Below, in pieces: positions 1 to 9,383 of a stretch of 51,040 nucleotides of DNA. Under the pieces are notes generated by a model. It did not search any database. It was given only the letters and a program-made list of their open reading frames with translations, and was not told the DNA's origin. The first letter of the stretch is position 1. Each line of letters begins with the position of its first letter. Made by a program: the position numbers and the translations under genes. The stretch is from Candidatus Gastranaerophilales bacterium (GTDB taxonomy: Bacteria; Cyanobacteriota; Vampirovibrionia; Gastranaerophilales; UBA9971), in assembly GCA_028281965.1 (NCBI GenBank), contig JANQIY010000398.1:1-51040 (forward strand), given 5' to 3'.

Positions 1-304
1 GAGGGAAGCGAGACCAAAGAAAAAATTGGGTGGGTGGAGGGAGAATGAATTTTTGAAAATTTTAAAAACACTTAAGTTTTTATTGTTTACTCCTTATATC
101 AATTTTAGCGTCGTTCATTATGGCAAATTCAGATAATTCTGACATAAGACGGAGCATATCCAGCTCGTAGTATATTTCTATCGCTAAATCTTCTTTATCC
201 ATTTATTTGTCTCGTGTTTTATATATAGACATAACTATATCATTAGCTAGAGACAATGTAAAGGCTTAGACAAAATTTAAGACTTTATTAGTATCAATGC
301 TATA

Positions 305-318
305 GTCTTAATTAAGAC
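305..318. promoter_or_regulatory. Perfect 14-nt palindrome GTCTTAATTAAGAC 25 nt upstream of the AbrB-like ORF; candidate operator
   Basis: Read directly. TTAAGAC-like half sites also occur at about 265-283 (cttagac, ttaagac). Confidence 0.25.
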
Positions 319-342
319 AAGTCATTAATAAAGGCTATAAGT

Positions 343-495
343 ATGATAGAGAGAAAGTTTACAAAAGTAGGTAGAAGCCGAGCAATTATAATACCACCAC
401 TTTTTTTGAAGCTTTTAAAAATTAATCCTGACCTGGACAAGGTTAATGTCAATATTGAAGGCGAAAAAATTATCATAGAAAAGAAAAAGGATTAA
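343..495 (+). CDS. Small AbrB/SpoVT (MazE-like) DNA-binding protein, 50 aa, below the ORF-track size cutoff
   Basis: Hand translation of ATG343..TAA495 gives MIERKFTKVGRSRAIIIPPLFLKLLKINPDLDKVNVNIEGEKIIIEKKKD. The pattern KVG-S-AIIIP...L.I.P.D.V.V...G.KIII matches the swapped-hairpin AbrB/SpoVT signature. No toxin-like partner ORF follows. Confidence 0.4.
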   Translation: MIERKFTKVGRSRAIIIPPLFLKLLKINPDLDKVNVNIEGEKIIIEKKKD

Positions 496-571
496 GAGCC
501 AATTGTCATTATAAGGATGATTTAGGGAAAAGCCTTGAAAAATATAGCAATTACTTCTCAGCATAGACTTT

Positions 572-1636
<1,065 letters not shown>

Positions 1637-1802
1637 GATCTCCCCTTTTATCTTATTTTAGTATAAATTTTGATAATAATATACTGCATGTGATTGAATT
1701 TTTTAAATTTTCTTTTAGTGAAAGGTTTTTGGCCCGTAAATTTTACAGAATGTATTCAACAAATATTTCACTCTACATATTGTTGAAGTTAAATATTAAC
1801 AT

Positions 1803-2555
1803 TCAGGTTAGTTTTTTTGAAATCCTCTGCCTTACTAATTCATAAATTATCACGCTGGCAGAATTGGCTACATTAAGTGAATTGATATTTTTTTCCATTG
1901 GTATATTGACCAGTATATCGCACTTTTTTTTAACCAAAGTGCTTATTCCCTGGTTTTCCCCACCCAGTACCAGCGCGCAGTTCATATTATAGTCCTGTTC
2001 AAAGTAGTATTTTCCTGCATTAGCTTCGGCCCCTATGACCCAGAAGTTATTTTCCTTTAATTTTTCGGCAACAGAAGCTATGTTGCTTACCAGGGAGATA
2101 GGTATAAGCTCAGCTGTTCCTGCGCTTGCTTTTTCCGCTGCGGATGTTACCGGTGAAGAACGCCTTTTAGCTATGATTATCCCGTCAACTCCTGCCGCCG
2201 CTGAAGTCCTGATTATTGAGCCAAGATTGTTCGGGTCTTCTACCCTGTCGAGGATAACCAAAACAGCGTTATTTTTACATTTTAACTCTGTCAAAAGAAC
2301 GTCAAAATCTTTATACTCAATAGGGGAAACAGAAGCTGCGATTCCCTGGTGAGACCCCTGGGTCAGCTTGTCCAGCTTATCACGGGGGACTTCCTGAACA
2401 TTAATTTTATATTGTTTCGCAAGTTTTATAATACTTCCGGTCTTTTCATCATATTTTATCCCTTTTGCCACAAAAATTTTATTTACCCTTTTTCTGTTTA
2501 TTTCAAGAAGGGAAGCTACAGGATTTTTGCCATATATAAATTCCGGTTGATCCAT
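1803..2555 (-). CDS. rlmB: SpoU/TrmH-family rRNA 2'-O-methyltransferase, RlmB-like
   Basis: Contains YGKNPV, EDPNNLGSIIRTSAAAG, LVLGGENQGIS and IPM..NINSLNVANSASVIIYE. Start moved to ATG at 2555 (MDQPEF), which has AAGGAG 8 nt upstream. The longer ORF-track start would overlap lipA. Confidence 0.8.
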   Translation of the reverse strand: MDQPEFIYGKNPVASLLEINRKRVNKIFVAKGIKYDEKTGSIIKLAKQYKINVQEVPRDKLDKLTQGSHQGIAASVSPIEYKDFDVLLTELKCKNNAVLVILDRVEDPNNLGSIIRTSAAAGVDGIIIAKRRSSPVTSAAEKASAGTAELIPISLVSNIASVAEKLKENNFWVIGAEANAGKYYFEQDYNMNCALVLGGENQGISTLVKKKCDILVNIPMEKNINSLNVANSASVIIYELVRQRISKKLT

Positions 2556-2556
2556 T

Positions 2557-3441
2557 TTATATTCTCCTTTTGGTACAGGTATAAATTCCGGATTTTGCAA
2601 AAACCTCCCCTGCCCGGTAGGAACTTCTGACAAGCGGGGCGGCAACCGGGTATTTTATACCGATTTTCAGGGCTTCCTCTTTTACATTGTCAAATTCCTC
2701 GGGTGTAAGGTATTTTTTTACTTCCAAATTTGATTTTGAAGGCTGGATGTATTGCCCGACCGTTACTATATCCAATCCTGTATCTTTTAAATCTGATAAA
2801 AGTTCCTGTATTTCGGAAAAAGTCTCACCAAGACCTGCCATAAACCCTGATTTTGTAAAAATATCAGCAGATTGCGTTTTTACATACCGCAAAAAATCGA
2901 GAGTCCTTTGATAATCCGCTTGCGGCCTGGCGCTTGGATAGAGCCTCTTTACAGTCTCAATATTGTGGTTAAACACGTCAGGCATTGCTTCCAGTACCGT
3001 ATCAATCGCCTTTTTATCCCCCTTAAAATCAGGAGTGAGGACTTCGATTTTTGTATCAGGGTTTAACGCTCTTATTTGCCGGATAGTTTCCGCAAAATGC
3101 CTGGCCCCTCCATCTTTCAGGTCATCTCTTGTCACTGAGGTTACTACAGCATAGTCCAGAACCAGTTCCCTGACAGCTTTTGCTACAAGAAAAGGCTCTT
3201 CCGGGTTGACCGGATCCGGGGAAAACGAGTTCACACCGCAAAATCTGCAGTTTCTTGTGCAGTTTTTACCCAGAACCATAAAAGTTGCCGTATCATTAGC
3301 GTAACATTCACTTTTGTTAGGGCATCTTGCGCTGTCACACACTGTGTTTAACCTGTTAGTTCTCAGGATTTTCCTTACAGTGCGGGTTTTTTCAGTATCA
3401 ATTATATCTTTTTTGACCCAGCCGGGAAGTCTTTTCCGCAT
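2557..3441 (-). CDS. lipA: Lipoyl synthase (radical SAM)
   Basis: CDSARCPNKSEC auxiliary cluster motif and CTRNCRFCGV radical-SAM CxxxCxxC motif. Length of 294 aa is typical. Confidence 0.95.
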   Translation of the reverse strand: MRKRLPGWVKKDIIDTEKTRTVRKILRTNRLNTVCDSARCPNKSECYANDTATFMVLGKNCTRNCRFCGVNSFSPDPVNPEEPFLVAKAVRELVLDYAVVTSVTRDDLKDGGARHFAETIRQIRALNPDTKIEVLTPDFKGDKKAIDTVLEAMPDVFNHNIETVKRLYPSARPQADYQRTLDFLRYVKTQSADIFTKSGFMAGLGETFSEIQELLSDLKDTGLDIVTVGQYIQPSKSNLEVKKYLTPEEFDNVKEEALKIGIKYPVAAPLVRSSYRAGEVFAKSGIYTCTKRRI

Positions 3442-3444
3442 AAC

Positions 3445-4827
3445 TCAAATCCTCGTTTTAAGCCCGGGCGGCAGGTGAAAAAAGTCTCCGACAAGTCCAA
3501 GTATTCCTTCATAGACGGCCTCTGAATACGTAGGATGTGCAAAGACCGTTCCACTCAATATTTCAGGAGAAATTCCGGCGCTTTTTGCTATTGCAAGCTG
3601 GTGTATAAGTTCGGAAGCGTTGCCTGAAATTATATGAACACCCAGGATATTCTCTTCATCAGCCAGAACCTTTATAAATCCTTCATTTTCCCTTTCTACA
3701 AGGGTCTTGCCCAGGGCAGGCATTGGGAAAACGCTTTTTTTATATGGGATTCCCTTTTCCATAAGAACATCTTCGGCGTATCCCAGTGAAGCTATTTCCG
3801 GATGTCCATAAATCACAAACGGAATGTTGGTATAGTCAATATCCGCTTGTTGCGCGAATTTTATATGCTCTACAGCTCTGACTCCCTGATGAGATGCCGC
3901 ATGCGCTACTTGTAAAATCCCGTTAACGTCTCCTATAGCATAAATATTATCAATACTTGTCCTTAAGTTACTGTCAACTTTAAAGAACTTGCCGTTCATT
4001 TCCGGGTCAAGTTGCTCAACTCCTTTTATTTCTGTATTAGGAACCCTGCCTGCACCTAGAAAAACAATATCAGGAGTCAATTCCTGCCCATTAGACAGTA
4101 AAACCCTGTTTGCATCGATTTCTTCTATGGACGTCGCAGTGTAAGCCTCGACTTTTTTCTTCTTAAATTCCCGCCTGATAGCCTCTGAGATACTGTTATC
4201 AAGGCTTGGAGCAAGTTTTGGGGCAATTTCCACAAGCGTTACCTGCTTTTCAAGCCCGCTGAAAATCCTTGCCCACTCAATTCCGGAAGCGCCGCTTCCA
4301 ACTATTAGCGCAGATTCAGGGAGATCTTCCATACTCAGGACATCGTCGGTGTCCAATACGAATTTATGGTCAAGTTTTATATTCGGCAATGAACATGGTC
4401 TTGAGCCTGTTGCTATAATCAGGTTTTTAAACTCAACTGCCTGTTCAGATGTTTCAGAGATGACTTTCAGGGAGTTTTTCGATTCTATGCAGGCTTCACC
4501 TTTTATATAGTCAATACCATTGGCTTTTATTACCTGGGAAAGACTTTTAACAAGTTTTTTAACAAGTTTTTCCTTTTCCTGAAAAATTTCCCCATAATCA
4601 TAGCTGAGATTTTCCATTTTAATCCCGAATTTATGCAACCTTTTAGCTTCTGTATAGCGGTCAACGCTTGTAATAATAGCTTTTGAAGGGATACAGCCCC
4701 TGTTCAGGCAAACCCCGCCCGGCTGGTCTTTTTCAACCAGGATAACCGCCATTCCAAGCTGTGCTGCTCTGATTGCGGCCGTATACCCTCCAGGGCCCGC
4801 TCCGATTATCGCAATATCGTAAGTCAT
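3445..4827 (-). CDS. lpdA: Dihydrolipoyl dehydrogenase (E3)
   Basis: FAD fold IIGAGPGGY, redox disulfide GGVCLNRGCIPSK, NAD fold VGSGASGIEWA, C-terminal HAHPTYSEA interface motif. Confidence 0.9.
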   Translation of the reverse strand: MTYDIAIIGAGPGGYTAAIRAAQLGMAVILVEKDQPGGVCLNRGCIPSKAIITSVDRYTEAKRLHKFGIKMENLSYDYGEIFQEKEKLVKKLVKSLSQVIKANGIDYIKGEACIESKNSLKVISETSEQAVEFKNLIIATGSRPCSLPNIKLDHKFVLDTDDVLSMEDLPESALIVGSGASGIEWARIFSGLEKQVTLVEIAPKLAPSLDNSISEAIRREFKKKKVEAYTATSIEEIDANRVLLSNGQELTPDIVFLGAGRVPNTEIKGVEQLDPEMNGKFFKVDSNLRTSIDNIYAIGDVNGILQVAHAASHQGVRAVEHIKFAQQADIDYTNIPFVIYGHPEIASLGYAEDVLMEKGIPYKKSVFPMPALGKTLVERENEGFIKVLADEENILGVHIISGNASELIHQLAIAKSAGISPEILSGTVFAHPTYSEAVYEGILGLVGDFFHLPPGLKTRI

Positions 4828-4882
4828 GCTTTTTATCCCACTTAGTTCCTTATTCAGATTTTATCACGATATTTTATGCGAC

Positions 4883-4912
4883 AAAAAAGAGACATTAAAA
4901 TCCGTCTCTTTT
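4883..4912 (-). terminator. Intrinsic terminator-like hairpin with a T6 tail on the minus strand
   Basis: AAAAAAGAGAC-attaaaatcc-GTCTCTTTT. On the minus strand the stem is followed by TTTTTT. It lies 266 nt downstream of the fliY stop and 55 nt upstream of the lpd ATG. Confidence 0.5.
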
Positions 4913-5069
4913 AAGGAAGGTTGAAAAAGTTTTTACGTAAGTGCGGCATGACACGATGTGTAAGAATTTTTTCTTTATTCCTTAGTATTGCGGGAGAACT
5001 AACGCGGTAGCTCGCTCATGTTGCGGGAGCATAGACTCATCCCAAGCGGTTTTTTGCAAATGTTGCTCT

Positions 5070-5120
5070 GTCATATCCTGACTTTTGGCTAATTGGCGAT
5101 TGGAGTTGATTAAAAATATA
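5070..5120. repeat. Copy A of a conserved intergenic element; core CTTTTGGCTAATTG preceded by GTCATAT at fixed spacing
   Basis: gtcatatcctgacttttggctaattggcgattggagttgattaaaaatata aligns with 13199-13248. The 7-mer, a 5-nt spacer and the 14-mer core are shared, with further scattered matches. Confidence 0.6.
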
Positions 5121-5178
5121 AATTCAAGCAATCAGATACCAGGGACTCGGTTAAGAATTTTTTCCACTGTCCTTCTTA

Positions 5179-6318
5179 TTACAGGTGTTTTATTCTTTGC
5201 TCAGGACTGACAATGCTGGTAATCCTCAGCCCGAAATTATCCTCAATTACGACAACTTCTCCCTTGGCTATTAATTTTCCGTTGGCGTACAATTCCACAG
5301 GCTCGCCCGCAACTTTATCCAGCTCAATTATAGAGCCCCTTGTAAGCTCCAAAACGTTTTTTATAGGCAACTCTGCCTTGCCAAGTTCCACGGTTAAGCC
5401 GAGATTAACGTCCATTACCAGGTTAAGGTTCTGATTTGCCTTACCCAGCATTTCAGAGGAATTGTCAAATGATGCAAACTGCACCGGCTGAACCGTAACC
5501 TGGTTCTGATTAGCCTGTTGGCCTTCTGAAAAAGCATTTCCAGAATTTGGGGCATCGCTTTGCTGTTGAAATGAATCCATTCCCTGCTTTACAAGGTCAT
5601 CCATTATTGACTGAGGAGAAATATTATTTGCAATAGTCTCGGTCATTCCTTTTGTTACTGCAATAATCTTTTCTACTTGCGTTTTAGCGGCGTTTATCTG
5701 TATAAACTGATAAAGGTCGCTTTCAACTATATCCCCGATTTTAAAATTAAATTTTAACGCAACAATGTCTTTTACGGGTAAACCCGGATCGTTATCGGAA
5801 AGTCTGACATCCGGCGGGCTTATGTTTATGGACATATTAAACATAGACGATAATACCGTGGAAGCATTGCCTACCATCTGGTTCATTGCTTCCTGCACGG
5901 CGCTGACTTTTATTTCGTCCAGTTCGGGACTGGAAGGGGCTCCGGACCCTCCCATCATAAGATCAGATATGATAGCAGCTTCTTTTTGTCCGATAACAAG
6001 CATGACGTTGCCGTTAAGACCTTCTGTATAGTTGATTTCCACAACAAGACTGGGTTTATTTATTTCAGGTATCTTTGTAATGGTATCTAAAACATCAACT
6101 TCGGGCGTGGTAATTTGAACTTTCTGGTTTAAAAGGGTAGAAAGAGTTGTTGAGGCTGAACCCATAAAAATATTGCCTATTTCTCCAAGGGTATCAAGTT
6201 CTTCAGCGTTTAAAACCGCGTTCCCTTCTCCTGAAATTTCCTGCAAGTCTTCAGAAATGTTTTCCTCTGATGGCTGAGCTGCTTTTTTTTCTGTATCTTC
6301 CTGGTTTTTATCTGTCAT
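5179..6318 (-). CDS. fliY: Flagellar motor switch protein FliY (CheC-like phosphatase domains plus C-terminal FliN/SpoA domain)
   Basis: Two CheC-type motifs (GEIGNIFMGSASTTLS and QEAMNQMVGNASTVLS). C-terminal FliN signature LELTRGSIIELDKVAGEPVELYANGKLIAKGEVVVIEDNFGLRI. GGAG about 10 nt upstream of the ATG. Confidence 0.85.
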   Translation of the reverse strand: MTDKNQEDTEKKAAQPSEENISEDLQEISGEGNAVLNAEELDTLGEIGNIFMGSASTTLSTLLNQKVQITTPEVDVLDTITKIPEINKPSLVVEINYTEGLNGNVMLVIGQKEAAIISDLMMGGSGAPSSPELDEIKVSAVQEAMNQMVGNASTVLSSMFNMSINISPPDVRLSDNDPGLPVKDIVALKFNFKIGDIVESDLYQFIQINAAKTQVEKIIAVTKGMTETIANNISPQSIMDDLVKQGMDSFQQQSDAPNSGNAFSEGQQANQNQVTVQPVQFASFDNSSEMLGKANQNLNLVMDVNLGLTVELGKAELPIKNVLELTRGSIIELDKVAGEPVELYANGKLIAKGEVVVIEDNFGLRITSIVSPEQRIKHL

Positions 6319-6341
6319 AGTCTTTTATACTCCGTTATTTT

Positions 6342-7367
6342 TTAAAACTTTTCAATATTTTCAACTTCACCGGTAATTGTCACCGCAAATTTACTTTTCT
6401 TTGTACCCGGCCGGGCAAGGAATTTCGGTTTTTTATTGACATTAACTATAAGATTGTCCTTTATCGAATTATCCAGTCTTAACACGTCACCTACCCGCAG
6501 GTCCAGAAAATCTTCCACGGTTATATTTGTTTTTCCCAGAACTACATCAACGTCAATAGTAGATGTGCCGAGCCGCTCCAAAATATTTTTTTTATCGTCA
6601 GGAGATGAGGCAAGGCCTTTTGAGCGAAACATTTGCTGTGTACTAAGCTGTTCCAGGACGGTTTCCAGGACAGGGTAAGGAAAACACAGGCTTAAAAGAC
6701 CTGACTGGGCTTCCGCTACCTGAAGCTCTAAAGTGGTAAGGGCGGTAATTTCCCCGGGGCTTGCCAGCTGGGGCAATACCGCATTATTATCAACACCCAC
6801 AACAGAACTGCGTACCGGGAAAATACCCTTCCAGGCGGTTTCCAGTGTTTTGGCCATTTTTTCAAAAACCCTTCTTATAAGGGCTTCTTCTATATCAGTA
6901 AGTTCCCTGGGTTTTGGATCCCCTGTTCCCGGACCGCCGAGCATCCTGTCTACAATACAGAATGTGATTTCATGGCTTATTACCAGGACAATCTGGCCGG
7001 GAAGCGGGTTAAGCTCCAAAATGCATGCCGTGATAGGACTGGGGAGGGAACGGGTAAATTCCTCGTATGTCAGCTGGTCTACCGATACTACCTCTAGTTC
7101 AAGGTTTAAACGAAGATATGTACTTAATAAAAGTGATAATTGCCTTGAAAATTCCTTATGAATGTCTTGAAGTACTTTTAGATGGTCTTTGGAAAATTTA
7201 TCCGGGCGCCTAAAATTGTACAGCTTATAGCCCTTCTTGTCTTCATCCATATTTTCAAGAAAAGAAGAAGCATAAGTTTTCTCTGTTTCACTTTCTTCCA
7301 GGGTTGATGTAAGAGATGACAACAGATTATCTATTTCATTTTGGGACAGACCATCTGATTCTGACAT
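6342..7367 (-). CDS. fliM: Flagellar motor switch protein FliM
   Basis: N-terminal CheY-P binding motif LSQNEIDNLL. Central FliM fold. C-terminal SpoA-like LRVGDVLRLD. Confidence 0.9.
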   Translation of the reverse strand: MSESDGLSQNEIDNLLSSLTSTLEESETEKTYASSFLENMDEDKKGYKLYNFRRPDKFSKDHLKVLQDIHKEFSRQLSLLLSTYLRLNLELEVVSVDQLTYEEFTRSLPSPITACILELNPLPGQIVLVISHEITFCIVDRMLGGPGTGDPKPRELTDIEEALIRRVFEKMAKTLETAWKGIFPVRSSVVGVDNNAVLPQLASPGEITALTTLELQVAEAQSGLLSLCFPYPVLETVLEQLSTQQMFRSKGLASSPDDKKNILERLGTSTIDVDVVLGKTNITVEDFLDLRVGDVLRLDNSIKDNLIVNVNKKPKFLARPGTKKSKFAVTITGEVENIEKF

Positions 7368-7411
7368 TTTTACCTCACTGCAGGATTTTTTATCAAATCC
7401 AACACTGTTTT

Positions 7412-8059
7412 TTACTGAATAATAAATGATCCGAAACTTACCCTTTTTACTTCTCTTTCTCCGGCAAAGATAGGGTCTATAGCTTCTTTGATCTGTTCTT
7501 TGGCAAGTTCCTTACCCGCAAGACTTGATAATTCCTCGGCTGTTTTTGAAGACATCACCGTAATTATTGAATCCCTGATTGCGGGTTTGTACTGGCTCAT
7601 TTCCGCTTCTATTATCTCAAGGGGATCAGCGGGTTTTTTTCCATGACCTCCATGACCTCCGCTGTCAGCTTCCGCATGAAGCGGCGGGTCATGCGGTGCT
7701 CTTGTCAATTCCAAAGCTACATTTACCTTAAGATATCTTTTTGCGCTCGGATTATTCAAGTTTAATATAAATTCCCCAAGGTCAAGGATTATACCTCTTT
7801 GGTTAGACAGGTCTTCATGCTCATCTTCTCCTTCATGAGCAGTAAGTGAGGGCAGGTGTTTAAGTTTTGAATCGATAACTGCGCTTACCGTGAAAAAATT
7901 GCCTCCAATAAACAAAGCGCAGATAAGCAATGTAACTATGGCATTCAAAATTATAAATTTTTCGCCTGAAAACCCTGAAGGGGCTGGTGACGATGCGGTA
8001 ACTTCTTCTGATATCTCTGCTTTAGGTTTTATTCCTTTTGGTTGTGAGGGTTTTACCAT
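7412..8059 (-). CDS. fliL: Flagellar basal-body-associated protein FliL
   Basis: Single N-terminal TM helix (FIILNAIVTLLICALFIGG). FliL signature FILNLNNPSAKRYLKVNVALE ... KPAIRDSIITVMSSKTAEEL ... VSFGSFIIQ. Confidence 0.75.
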   Translation of the reverse strand: MVKPSQPKGIKPKAEISEEVTASSPAPSGFSGEKFIILNAIVTLLICALFIGGNFFTVSAVIDSKLKHLPSLTAHEGEDEHEDLSNQRGIILDLGEFILNLNNPSAKRYLKVNVALELTRAPHDPPLHAEADSGGHGGHGKKPADPLEIIEAEMSQYKPAIRDSIITVMSSKTAEELSSLAGKELAKEQIKEAIDPIFAGEREVKRVSFGSFIIQ

Positions 8060-8200
8060 ATTTTTTACTCCAGACTTTTTTTATTATGTTTTAAAAATTT
8101 TACCGGGCTGACTTAGTAACACTATATCAATTTTTCGACCGGTAGCTCTTCCTTCTTTTGAATTATTATTATTATTACCCGATAAACTTACCACATCCTA

Positions 8201-8209
8201 ATTATATCA
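8201..8209 (-). promoter_or_regulatory. Extended -10 (TGaTATAAT) on the minus strand upstream of fliL
   Basis: The reverse complement of 8201-8209 reads TGATATAAT. No good -35. It would give a leader of about 135 nt. Confidence 0.25.
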
Positions 8210-8252
8210 GAACCCGGGCTAAATAGAATTTTGTTAAGCAAACCGTTTGTAA

Positions 8253-8289
8253 GAAAACCCGCATTTATTATTAGCAAATGCGGGTTTTC
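8253..8289 (-). terminator. Intrinsic terminator after rpoD, bidirectional shape
   Basis: GAAAACCCGCATTT-attattagc-AAATGCGGGTTTTC, a 14-bp stem with T-rich tails on both strands, 24 nt downstream of the rpoD stop. Confidence 0.65.
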
Positions 8290-8312
8290 TTTACAAGTAT
8301 AAGTTTTAATCT

Positions 8313-9359
8313 TTATGTTGATTCTACGTATTCCTTTAATTTTTTGCTTCTGTTCGGGTGACGAAGTTTTCTTAATGCTTTGGCCTCAATCTGCCTGATC
8401 CTCTCTCTTGTAACTCCGAATAACTGGCCGACTTCCTCAAGGGTTCTCTGTCTTCCGTCGTCCATGCCGAATCTTAGTCTTAAAACATCCCTTTCACGGG
8501 GGGAAAGACTTCTTAAAACTTCCGTAAGATCTTCCCTGAGAAGCTCATGGGCTACTGTCATTACCGGGGCATCAGCTTCCTTGTCTTCTATAAAGTCGCC
8601 GAGCCTGCTGTCTTCTTCTTTTCCAATGGGAGTTTCAAGAGAAAGCGGTTCCTGGGCTACTTTTATGATTTCTCTTAGCTTGGTAAGGGTAATGCCCATT
8701 ACTTCAGCAATTTCTTCCTCTTTGGGTTTACGGCTTAAATCCTGGGCCAGTTTTCTGGTGATTTTCTTTAGCTTGTTGATTGTCTCAACCATATGCACGG
8801 GGATTCTGATTGTCCTTGCCTGGTCTGCAATAGCCCTGGTAATTGCCTGCCTTATCCACCAGGTCGCATATGTGCTGAACTTATAACCTCTTTCATGGTC
8901 AAATTTTTCAGCGGCTCTTATAAGTCCGAGGTTGCCTTCCTGGATAAGGTCAAGAAAGAGCATGCCCCTTCCTACGTATTTTTTGGCGATACTTACAACG
9001 AGTCTCAGGTTAGCCTGTACAAGCTTGCGTTTTGCAATCTGGCCGACTTTTCCGCCGCCCGTAATTTTCCTTGCAAGTTCGATTTCCTCATCTGCCGTTA
9101 AAAGCTGGATTCTGCCGATTTCCCTTAAATACATCCTTACCGGATCATCTAAAGGCACTCCCTTTGGGGGGGTAAGATCCATTTCTTCAGCATCGTCGCT
9201 CATGTCTTTATCTTCCAGTTCAGGTCCTTCAGTTTCCATAAGCCCTACAGACCCGCCTGTAAACAGGCTGCCTATCTGGCTATCATCCGTATCATCATCT
9301 GTAACAAGTATCTCATCTATAGTTGTATTATTTTTCTTGTTTTGATTTTTGTCCATCAT
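8313..9359 (-). CDS. rpoD: RNA polymerase primary-type sigma factor RpoD/SigA
   Basis: [84 protein letters not shown]. Lies immediately downstream of dnaG, the classic arrangement. Confidence 0.9.
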   Translation of the reverse strand: MMDKNQNKKNNTTIDEILVTDDDTDDSQIGSLFTGGSVGLMETEGPELEDKDMSDDAEEMDLTPPKGVPLDDPVRMYLREIGRIQLLTADEEIELARKITGGGKVGQIAKRKLVQANLRLVVSIAKKYVGRGMLFLDLIQEGNLGLIRAAEKFDHERGYKFSTYATWWIRQAITRAIADQARTIRIPVHMVETINKLKKITRKLAQDLSRKPKEEEIAEVMGITLTKLREIIKVAQEPLSLETPIGKEEDSRLGDFIEDKEADAPVMTVAHELLREDLTEVLRSLSPRERDVLRLRFGMDDGRQRTLEEVGQLFGVTRERIRQIEAKALRKLRHPNRSKKLKEYVEST

Positions 9360-9383
9360 TTTTAAAATACCCTCATTAGATTT

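Noticed and set aside
80-202. 40-codon minus-strand ORF (MDKEDLAIEIYYELDMLRLMSELSEFAIMNDAKIDIRSKQ) divergent from the AbrB-like ORF
   Set aside because: It is too short and featureless to support. It is only noted as a possible partner of the AbrB-like gene if conservation is found.
2556-2645. The 30-codon N-terminal extension of the rlmB ORF in the ORF track
   Set aside because: It would overlap the lipA 3' end by about 90 nt. The internal ATG at 2555 has a strong AAGGAG RBS and begins the conserved YGKNPV region.
8162-8185. (ATT)5 microsatellite followed by CCCGATAA, which resembles a sigma-28 -10 box
   Set aside because: The CCGATAA motif is on the plus strand, while the only flagellar genes nearby (fliL-fliM-fliY) are on the minus strand. 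No TAAA -35 element sits at the right spacing.
8380-9345. Plus-strand ORFs 8380-8886, 8793-9101 and 8932-9345, and similar ones at 639-932 and 1206-1528
   Set aside because: They are antisense to the two sigma factor genes, which have unmistakable sigma-70 motifs. The antisense translations are low complexity with no RBS.
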